This document shows positions 24,593-40,575 of a stretch of 64,000 bases of DNA, piece after piece. Position numbers and translations under genes: made by a program. Below the pieces are notes generated by a model. The model saw nothing but the letters and a program-made list of their open reading frames with translations, was not told the DNA's origin and made no database searches. This stretch comes from Balanoglossus misakiensis (Eukaryota > Animalia > Hemichordata): assembly GCA_040954595.2 (NCBI GenBank), contig CM082583.2:3357060-3421059 (forward strand), given 5' to 3'. Positions within the stretch are counted from its first letter, which is position 1. Each line of letters starts with the position of its first letter.

Positions 24593-26771
24593 TTACAGTT
24601 TGAACTTTCTCTTCAAACTCTTTTCTCTTAACTCTGCATTTCTTCGCAGTTTTTGCTCTTTTTTGAACAGTTGTATAAGCTCAGCTTTGTCCATCATTTT
24701 GAATTTCTTATGTCTGCTGTTATTATCTTCATTACTTGCACGTTCCCTTTTATTTATTTCTCTCTTTAAAAGTAGGCATCTTGAACAAGTTGTTGACAAA
24801 CGGCCGAAAAGTTCACAGTTGTTGCTTCTCATTTTTGTTATTTCTCTGTCCAATATTTTCCATTTCTCTTCGTGGCCAAGGCTGGTGAATGTGGATCGGG
24901 TCCACTCAAACCCAGAGCATAATGTTGTATTTGATATCATATCCATTAAAGCATTCATCTGCTGGATATTTGAACCATTCTGACAGAAAAATTCTGAAAC
25001 TTTGAAGCCTATGTCCTCAAGATTTACAGTGTGACTCCCATACTTGACTGCAATAGTGAAACCACTTTCTTCTTTCTTCATCTGAACTTCTGTTAGAATA
25101 CGGCACCCATTCACCGTGTCTGTTGTGGTAGATATTTTCACCCATACTAAAATGCCATCACTGTTCAAATGGGGTGGACTCCAGCCTGATGGACAGAAGG
25201 ACTTAAGAGTTTCCCATGACAGTCCATTACTTTCAGATGGCTGATCAGTCTTTTTGGCACTTAAATTGGTGTAGAGTGTGGTTCTCTGGTAAAGGGGATA
25301 TGTGCCTGGAATTACTCTTCTGCTCACTGTAATGTGCTGACCCCACAGATCTCGTATGAAAGAGCTCACAGTCTTGTCCTGGTACTGGATGTTGTGAGTA
25401 TTTCCCAAGGATTGCCGCAAGTGACTGAGAATGTCAATAAGGCGTGTTGTGGCACCAGGTGACACATGATAATTGCATAGCAACCTGCAACAAATGCAGT
25501 GTATAAGTCAATTACAATGAACTCTTTATTTAATCATGTACAACTTATTAACGTCTCTTCAGTCATACTGACCGAAAATATGTTGCACATCACAGAGGTG
25601 AAGTTTCGTATTGAATGAACGAGCTACATTGTTTGGTTTGTCATGAAAACAAAAAATATGCGGCTCACCCATGAAAACGACATGCACAGTTGCGGTTTAG
25701 ATTGTTTCCAAAGGCTGTGATCACATGCCCCCTACAGTCGTTTCAGAATACTAGAATTTGTACGTTTCAATGGAGGAAACTTTTCCGTTTACCACAGTGT
25801 CTGCTGCACTTCAGCCGCCCGGTATCACAATGTTTAGGCTGCATTCACAAACACCTCTGGAGGGGGGGGGGGGGGGCAGGAGAATTGAGGGGGGGGATTT
25901 GAAAAAATCGAGGGTATGTAAGGGGGGGGATTTGAAATAATTTAGGGACTGAAAGGGGGGGACTTGAAAACTTTGACGACTAAATATTTATTTTGAGTCC
26001 ACAAAAATGCAGTTTCACGCCCTTTATTTTACAAAATTTTCTAATGTGGGAGGGGGACACCCCCTCCCACACCCACCCCCTCCATCCATCAACACCTTTC
26101 AAACATTGACTAGTTTATCTAGTGTCCCAGGGCAGGGGACTTGTCCCCACCCCATGATAACTTTGAGCAGCGACGGTTAAATTTGTCCTCCCCAACATAC
26201 CGGTAGTTGAGTTAATTTGCTTTTGCCGGGTTCATTAAAATGCAGCTTGGAGCTCTGTATTTTATAAAATTTTCTTACGTGGGAGGGGGACACCCCCTCC
26301 CAAACCCACCCCCTTCAATTCTCGGTTTACAATGTCCAACACAGAATACATGTACAAACACTTAAAAAATAAAAACAATGTTCAGTTTTAATACCCACTG
26401 ATGAGGGGAAACATCAGTTTTAAATTCTTTTCATGGGAGCGCTGTTTTTCTTTTTTACAAGATAGATAGGTGATGTGTTTTGCTCTGTGAAAGAAAATGG
26501 GGGGGGGGGGGGATTTCAAAATTTTGGCAGTTCGGAAGGGGGGGATTTGAAAATATTTCGGGTTGTGTAGGGGGGCATGTGAAAATTAACGGTAAAAAAA
26601 ATTGAATTCTCCCGCCCGCCCCTCCAGAGGTGTTTGTGAATGCAGCCTTACCACCCGATTGTTTATTGCTCAACTCGTACGAGTACGTGGAACTGCGTTC
26701 AAAATAACGCGAAAAAAGAAGCAAAACCGATAAACGGATACTTACCAACTCTTTGTCAGAAAATCTGCCAT
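24593..26771 (-). CDS. Spliced 305-aa ORF, probably the N-terminal part of a P-element-like transposase lacking the catalytic domain
   Basis: Exon 1 is 26771-26746 (AAAATGG context, MADFLTKS-TG|GTAAG) and exon 2 is 25484-24593 (TTGCAG|G), restoring SWLLCNY. It has an RFX-like winged-helix pattern (WL..NY...IRDLW...T.SRR...R...Y.NL), LCSGF...RSNNC..TCSRC, and a coiled coil EQKLRRNAELREK. The stop lies inside the inverted repeat. Family assignment is by recollection, not by search. Confidence 0.65.
25837..26647. mobile_element. G/C-tract-rich MITE, copy 2, nested in the intron of the transposase-like ORF
   Basis: Same TIRs and TTA TSD as 19188-19978, same orientation. Confidence 0.93.
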
Positions 26772-27215
26772 TTTACGTCTTGATACAGTCACAGTCGCTA
26801 GTCCCTCAAGAAACTGGGATACTACAGTGTCGATAGTCAGAACGTACACTTCCGGGAACATTCGGGCTCGTACTTGAGCGAAGAAAGAGCGAGTTTACGT
26901 TGTCGATGTGAATGAGGGTTCCGAGTGGTATTTTACAGGAAAAGACGGGTTGATTTGTCATTGGCAACCATGTAAGTATTATTTTCACGAATGAAACTTA
27001 AATGAAGTAGACCGGTGATGGTTGAGACGGCGAAGTTCAAACTGTAGTAAAACTTTTGCATTAGGACGAGCCTCCTCGTAAATTCGTCATAGCTTGCCGA
27101 GGCCAATGTCCAGTGACGACAGCGCCCATCGCCCGCGAAGTTCAAATGTGATTTAATTTGACTGGGTACGACTTGGAAATCGCCGTTTTTCCACTCGTTT
27201 GCAGGTCGATAGATC

Positions 27216-27936
27216 GTGGCATTGCACGAAACCGTCAAGACTTTTTAAGAGGCCTATTTCTCATCAAAGACAACATTAAAACCCCTATAAACCATACATT
27301 TCTGGAAGCTGAGTTTTTGAACTTTTGTTTGAGTTGCACATTTTATTGACCCCCGGAAATCGGTGGCGTTTTGGGGTTAAAAAAAACACTTTTGATATTA
27401 TGTCATTCAATTGAAATTAGGTAAAAAAGTTGACCATGCATCATGCATCTTAATATGTCATTCGAAACTAGAGTACAAACACGTGCAACAAAAAAAAATT
27501 TTGTTTTGCGTTTATAACGTGTTATCTGCTTCCATTGAGGAGTAACAGCGTTTGAAAGTTAGATTTTTAGTAAAATTTGATCAAATTCACGATGAAGTGT
27601 ATTGAATCAGAGTTTATTCCCGCCAGGCACACTTTATCGACTAAAATTTTTTCGTTTTGTTAGATGGGTCATACACAATCCCCTGTTAAAATTTGAGCAA
27701 ATTCGGCCAACGCAGAGCGAAGCTAAATTCTTCTGAAGTTGTCAAAAGCAACGAAAATGCAAACTAAGAAAAATGGCCATTTGCATTGTTGACACCTATT
27801 TGTTAAGCTGTGGATTATGAACCATTTCCGCCAAGGGCAAGGCGCATTTGTCAGAATGTGGATCTGTATAAGACCTACCGATTTATGTAAAAAAGTAAAA
27901 TTTGGCAAAAATCACAACTTTTCATGCAATGCCACC
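27216..27936. mobile_element. Kolobok-like MITE with a damaged left end
   Basis: GTGGCATTGCACGAAA ... TTTCATGCAATGCCACC|TTAA; the left TTAA is missing. Confidence 0.65.
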
Positions 27937-28149
27937 TTAATCGATCACTCCTGAATGGGGTGATTTTTCTGGGCCTTGAAGGTGGCCCATGAGCCTAGAT
28001 CAGGGGCATGTTGATTCCACCCTTGTTTGTATATAAGATGTGATGTTGGGCGACCTAGGTCGTGTTTTCCACGATTATGTGTTCTTTTACAGTTATCTAC
28101 AACATCGACAAACAATAGCAAGAAATGACACATTGATTTTTTTTTTATT

Positions 28150-28158
28150 ATCTTCTTC

Positions 28159-28192
<34 letters not shown>

Positions 28193-28200
28193 ACAACAAC
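28150..28200. repeat. Compound trinucleotide microsatellite (CTT)(CAT)n(CAA)
   Basis: Directly visible in the sequence. Confidence 0.9.
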
Positions 28201-29362
28201 AATAAGATCAACAACTTCAAGATTACTCAATTCCCTGTGGTTACAAGCCCCTTGTCGGACGTTCATAGCGGTTTCGTTCAACATTGATCAACATTGTTCA
28301 CATGTATTTCGAGATGTGCTGTTGCTACAAATATAACACAAGCAACCTGTATAGCTAGCGTAGTGAAAATGAATTTTTAGGGTCTCATTTCTACAAAAAT
28401 AATGTAAAAACTCTTTATTGTCAGGTGCGGATTTTTAAAGATATCAAATATAAAATGTTTGCACACTAAGTCATCTGGAGACTACACATGTCCAAAGCAT
28501 GGGACCATTGCCAATAACTTCACTTGGCAATATTGAATCCTTTGGGTTTTTTCATCATGTTTACATTTTTTGGCTTTGCTGGAGTCAGTTTGTTCATCAT
28601 CAGCAAATGTAAATCACATCTGCAGTATTTACAGTGATGTTGTGGTGGAAGTTCAGTCCCTCTGATTTCTACGCAATGTGCTAGTTTTTCAGGAAAATCC
28701 ATTTTCACCACTTGAAACTTGTGCAATTTTTTTTTACAAAAACGGAGGAAATTGGCAGAATTTCCAATATGGCATCTACCATACATTGAATCATTTTTGA
28801 AAAAGCGCCAGGACTACATGTAACTTCCACCCAACGTGATATGGCCACAGTTGGCATTATCATTATGCGATTGGTGTCACTGCACACCAGGCTGGGCATA
28901 TTTGCATGATTTTTGGGGGTGAAAAACTGACCTCAAAGCTAGCACATTATGTAGAAAACATGTAGGTCTTGCTAGTTCAACTTCAACTCAGTCAGACTTT
29001 GTCAACCAAAATATCATTTTTGTTGTTTCAGCTGTAACACAAGATGCTCAAACACAATGAACACTAATGGTAATGTACAAACTAAGATCAGATAATGAAA
29101 TAAATACAGCCTGGTTACTTTGTGTTTTTAGAATCTTGGAGAGTACATGTATGTGTATCCAGGGCAGGGGTTCAGAATTGCAAGCTCAAAGGTTTAGTGT
29201 CACTCAGTTTGTTTATTTCTCTCAGGTTCCAACCATGCCATGACATAGATGTCATCTACTTGTTGAATTTGGAATATACATGTAGTTGTATTTTATCCAA
29301 TTTACTACATGTACCTGTTCCTGAGTTTGACTTTGAAGTTACATATTGATGGGTGAATTGTC

Positions 29363-31071
29363 CTAGAATGGCTTTATCTTCCTCAGTTTATTTTTCTGCC
29401 AGATCTGCATTTTCCTCAGTTTACGCCAGTATTTCCTTGTGTCTGGTGACAATTCTTTATAAGATAATGGAGGTCCTATATGCAGTGTCCATAGCCAATC
29501 AGGATACTCCGAATCCGGCTTCAACTCTGGATCCTTCCCGTCTTTGTAAATATTTGCCCCAACACAATGAGTTACCAGCATATCTGGATCACCTACAACA
29601 ATGGGACCGACTTCTTTTTTGACTACAGCAGCTTTCCCTTTACCTGGAGAATGAAACACCATATTGCATAAGCCACTTTACTCACTTAGACTGTAAATGT
29701 ACACAGTTATCACATAGGTCCCGGAGAAAGAGGACAAACGACTGCGGCAAAAGATCAAAGGCAATCGACTACTTCCAGTGCATAAACTCTGCTGGAATAT
29801 CCTTTTGTTTTCATGAACTATGTCATATACTCGACTGTTTACTGGTATGGGTACTTTTAGCTTATTGGCATGCGTGAACAGTCTCACAAAATGACCTATT
29901 GTGTTTTACGACTAACTGGTATCATGATAATTTGCATTGTCACATCTTGCAAACCGTGGGGAACTACGATAAACGATCAGATAGGTCTCTCTGGCGATGC
30001 TTGTCATGTTTATCGGAGTAGGGGGGGATTACTGCAGATGCTGCTTCGAACGAACATCCGCAGTCGTTCGTCCCTTTCACTCCAGGGTCTAGTATGGTTA
30101 TCATAAGTTGGCACTCCACCATCTAGAAGTGCGTTATTTTTAGCCCCATTTCTCACAGAAAATGGACATTGACATTGACAGCATGGATACCCATTTGCCT
30201 ACTCAGTAACTTTACAAATGTAGGTGTCACACAAAAACTACATGTACATGTATAACAGATATAGTATACCCTGCTGCTGGCGTTCTACACCCATTAACCT
30301 GGATTGACCCAAAAGTGATAAACAGTGGCATTAACCGGGCACCTCCACTGCACTGGCACACATCTGGTTATTGCAGCAGCAGTACTGTAGCGTGAGGTTT
30401 TGCCTGGTGGACGGCTGGTGATAACACATAGAAAACCCCTTCCCCCAACAACATAAAGCCGAGGACTGGTAGACCCATAGGCAGGTATGCACCTTGTGAC
30501 AGACCTAGCGTACACGTCTGCGCGTTCCTTCCCTGCGTTACGACGGGAACACACAGACCTGTACGCAGGGCTACATGTAGTATGCACTCCACCTACCTGC
30601 AGTTCAGTAGCTCGAGGTTTTGCCTTGGTTTGTATGTTAGACAGTCAAACCAGAGCTATCATTGCTGGAGTCCATAGCCCTGCCACATCCTCGTCTGTAG
30701 GTTGTTGGGAACAACCTACACACAAGTGGTAGGGCTACGAACTTGCAGCAAGCCGAGCCATAGCTGCAGTTGAGTAGCGAGGTTTTATCTGGTTTTGCCG
30801 TCCAACACACAAACAAGACAAAATCGAGCTACTGATGAACTGCAGCTAGCAGAGCCACTGAACTGCAGCTGGCGCTGCACCGTGAGGGTTTCACAACATC
30901 GGACTCCGATTGAATGGTTGGATACACCGGACTTCAAAAAATCCAATATTCTGATTACGAACCTGGTCTTTTCGCATATCCGGCGACTCTAGTGGTCGCT
31001 AGCACAGTTGGTCTGCAGTAAATGTGAGTTAGACTACGAAACATGTGTGAAAACCTCAATGTTGTCGCCAT
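29363..31071 (-). CDS. MRPL54: Mitochondrial ribosomal protein mL54, 129 aa
   Basis: Exon 31071-30963 encodes an Arg/Ser/Thr-rich presequence (MATTLRFSHMFRSL...YAKRP). Exon 29643-29363 encodes DPDMLVTHCVGANIYKDGKDPELKPDSEYPDWLWTL...YWRKLRKMQIWQKNKLRK. Total 390 nt. Confidence 0.95.
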
Positions 31072-31389
31072 CTTTATTTCCCACAATGCAATCTGAAGAC
31101 AGGAGGTAGATATTTGTAACTGAAAGTAATCGTACATTTTCAGTGTATTCTGTCAGGGGTTTATTGAAAAATGGCACCATAAAAATGTATTTTACCTGTA
31201 AAGTCTTTTTTTTTAATTTACTTCTAAAGCTATTGAGATATATATACCTATTTAGGAAAATTGTCCAATTATTTTTCGTTAACATACACACCCAAAAATC
31301 CGAAATTGAATCAGTATCTCTGGTGGAGCCATGTGGCGTTGTTTACTTCCGGTAATCGGAGCGTAACATGAGGCTTGACCGGTTAGGAG
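31072..31389. promoter_or_regulatory. Divergent MRPL54/SPATA5L1 promoter and putative SPATA5L1 leader exon
   Basis: MRPL54 ATG at 31071(-); ETS/GABP-like ACTTCCGG at ~31345; strong donor GAG|GTAAGT at 31389, pairing with acceptor TTTCAG|32086 just before the SPATA5L1 ATG. Confidence 0.6.
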
Positions 31390-31754
31390 GTAAGTACATG
31401 TAGCTAGATGAAACTTTCATTGATGATGAGTTTTTATATTCCCAGCGTGAAACTTTCTCCCACAATCACACACAGTCGAGGTCGAGGTTTGTCTGGTTTA
31501 TAAATGGTTTTGCCATCCAACCGAAAATCAGGCAAAACCTCGGACTTCTTCACACTTGCACGATGTGTTGGATAAACACAGGCTCAGGAATCCAATGACT
31601 GCAGCCTGATATTATAGGCACAGTCTTCATGGACAGTAACCGTGTTAATACTTATCCACTAACTGGATAAAATTGTCAAAACACAGCTCAATAAAATATC
31701 TAACGGTGAAACGTATAGTCTAACAGTTTCTGTGTGAGAATATGCATGCATGGC

Positions 31755-31788
<34 letters not shown>

Positions 31789-32110
31789 CAGGTTTTTAAT
31801 AACACAACTTGACAAGAAATGTTGTCGCTCAGTCTTCAGACTTCCTGAAAAGAAGTAAAGAAAGATTCACATATTGATATGTGCCCAACTTACTGATAAG
31901 TGGTGGCTCGTCACTAATGATCTGCTCAATCTCTCCCAGATTATATTTTAACAAGTTTTCCATTTATGATACAGATTAATACTTTATAAATAGTTTTTAG
32001 TCTGACATTTGCTTAAAAATTAAGTGTGACTACAAGACTTGCCAAGAAATCCATGTTAATTTGTCTGACCATTTATTTTTTTCAGGCAATAAACAGTACT
32101 TGAAAAGAAA

Positions 32111-37939
<5,829 letters not shown>

Positions 37940-38494
37940 AGATGTCATGTCCTATCAAAAACTGTGGAATCACTTTTTGAAAATTGTTTATAGTTGATTT
38001 GTAGGCACCTGATGCAGAACCGGTATCACTTTGCTGTAATTATTTGGTGCTGATATCTAGCATTTTGTATTTTCAATGAATTTTTTTAGTGAATTTCAGA
38101 AACTGCTTCTTCAGTTGCTTGAAATGTAATTGGAACTTTCTTAGGCATTGCAAGATTGAAAGTTGTGTACATGAAATTAAATTTTGAAAAGTGCTATATT
38201 GTATTTTTTAAACAACCCTTTTCATTTTAGCTTGAGGTACGGTCCCATATTGTCGCATAAGCTCAACAAACAAAATTTGTTTGTTTGGATCCAATCACCC
38301 TCCCCCCTCCCACTAAATGAAAGTTCAAAAGTGGGAAGTGTTGATATCAGACTTAAACTGCAATGTTTCAGTTTGGCTATAGATATTGAGTCATGTTTGC
38401 CTCTGATCTCATGAACAGTCAAATAATCAAAATACTCAATCAAATTGAATAATAAACAGGTGTTTACCACATAGAAATGCCCAAGTGTCATTAA

Positions 38495-38720
38495 TTTTTA
38501 GGTCCCATTTGGTATGTATATATACCATGAGACCTTATGGAATCAGTTGCGTCTGTATGTATGTTTGTTTGTCCATCCAAATCAAAAACTTGAAAACCAC
38601 TGCCCGTACCCTCGATATTGGGTGTGCAGATGCATACTGGGCTGTAGATGGGAGTTAGTAGTTGTCATTCCAAAAAAATCGGCAAATTAGCTTGAAAATG
38701 TGAAATAGGTCAAAACTCTG
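38495..38720 (+). mobile_element. Possible Helentron-associated (HINE/DINE-like) element fragment
   Basis: A T-run, then a short inverted repeat AGGTCCCAT...ATGAGACCT, then a GTCT/GTAT/GTTT microsatellite. The right end is uncertain. Confidence 0.4.
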
Positions 38721-39927
38721 GGACTATATGCCTATAAAACCCAACGGAGGCCAACACTAACACGTACAGCCCAACCTGATAATTTAATCGACCGACCATA
38801 GCTTACCCATGAGAGAACGGTTTTGGCTCGTTATGTTCTGCAAAAAATGACCATTGAGAAATAATGAATTTTAAAAAGGAAAGAAGAAAGAAATGGCAAA
38901 TTTGAAGAAAAAAAAGCCAAAAAATACATTCAGGCCTACGGCACGTAGTATTCCCAGGCAGTAACCCATCCAAGAACCATGAATCATGGTTACTGAACAC
39001 AAGCTTCGTTTAACATGAAATTCTTCCTTCGAAACGTCATTCATTCTATTTTTCTGGACAACCTCTGACAACTTTATACACAACTGATCTTCCCAATTGG
39101 AGACTTGATGATTCATTGCCTGTTCAACGTTACCTGTCATAACCGCTGTGTTCATGGTGAAGAAGAAAATAACCGTGACAGCGCCAATAGCGTTCATTCT
39201 CTGTCATGTCCATATACGTGATGTAGCACAGTGCCCCAGGCTATGTTTTGTACTGAAGTTTGCTTTATGAGACGTCATGGATAAGTTTGGTGTTGACCAT
39301 ACCAATGGTCGATTCGGATGTATTCTAGGAATATAACTGGACCTCGCTCGTCGTTAGCCCATCATCGGACGCTTCGTAAACTTCGTCGAGAAGTTGTTTC
39401 TCCTGCATGTCAAGTTCGTCTCAGTCATCGGGGCTCTTTTCTCAGAACTTTTGTTTTCGGTATCAACTGCGGATTCCTATTCTACTTTGTAAAAAAAGTT
39501 TACTCAGTATTCAGTTCCCCAACACAGCCCTTTATTAATAAACAACTAAATATTAGAAAACATACGGGGGCTTTAAAATGTGATGTTTTTAGGGTGTGTG
39601 TAAGTCAGGTCCCAATGGATGTACATACTTGTGAGAGCACATTTATATCGCACATAAGTAACTTTTGGCGAGAATAATGTCCTAAAGCTTAGACATTTTG
39701 CTAGCACATATTTATTTACCGATTTTGGATTATGTTTTTGGATTTTGTGATTTTTACACGAAACTATTTTAGTCTGTTTTTATCCAGACATTGCACGAAA
39801 CGTACCGACTATCTCCCAAATTCTTCCATAAAATTTAACTTCACTAGACACCAGTGTGAATAATATAGTGAGTGACCCGCCTTAAATGCATTAACCATCG
39901 TGACTTATTGAGTTGCCTGTGTGAGCG

Positions 39928-40384
39928 TAGTCTCGGTTACCCAGACGCCTTTGCTTCTTCCGATGCTCTCCAGAAAAGGGTCTGGGGAAATGCTATTGAA
40001 AGCTTTGTAAAACAAAATGGCCGATGTCAGGATTTTGATCATCGCCTGATTGGCTGAGCTGTCAGTATGACCCGGGTCACTGCAATAGTTTCGACAATCG
40101 TCTACCAAAGATATTTCATATAATTTCTCCAACAATGCTAACAGAGGACGCCTTTTGCCTTTCGCATCAACCAACAAGTACCGGTCTCTTGATATGAAGA
40201 TTCGACAAATAATCACACATTGTCGAGAGTCAGTGACCCGGGTCATACTGACAGCTCAGCCAATCAGGCGATTATCAAAATCCTGACATCGGCCATTTTG
40301 TTTTACAAAGCTTTCAATAGCATTTCCCCAGACCCTTTTCTGGAGAGCATCGGAAGAGCAAAGGCGTCTGGGTAACCGAGACTA
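39928..40384. mobile_element. Foldback MITE with ~155-bp TIRs, TAG ends and 9-bp TSD (AcademH-like), just upstream of the C2CD4-like gene
   Basis: 39928-40082 is nearly the perfect reverse complement of 40231-40384; TSD GTGTGAGCG (39919-39927 and 40385-40393). Confidence 0.95.
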
Positions 40385-40575
40385 GTGTGAGCGTCGAAGA
40401 TTTTGTACAATAACGCCCTCCGCGGACCGTTCGTCGGTTGCTATGTAATCTTGGTATCGAGCATGCGTGACAGATCACCCTTCCATTTCCTATATATGCT
40501 TACCATCCCACTATCGCGCGGTTAGTTGCTAGTAGAGTACGCTGGTATCTGGATGTAGAAACAGTTGTTGTCAAT

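Larger units (their letters stand above)
24523..27103 (-). mobile_element. Internally deleted DNA transposon bounded by 70-85-bp inverted repeats; may extend to about 24193-27215
   Basis: 24523-24607 (GCCTCGACCAGCTATGACG...ACGAGGAGGCTCGTCCTAACGCAAAATTTTTATTACAGTTTGAACTT) is inverted relative to 27033-27103. Weaker inverted similarity at 24297-24331 vs ~27123-27160. No TSD found. Confidence 0.75.

Noticed and set aside
25690-26748. Short ORFs with HSQTPLEGG and poly-G/poly-P, also at 19350-20144
   Set aside because: Translations of the G/C-tract MITE copies.
27945-28336. Poly-M, poly-S and poly-D ORFs
   Set aside because: Produced by the (CAT)n microsatellite; no homology or splice support.
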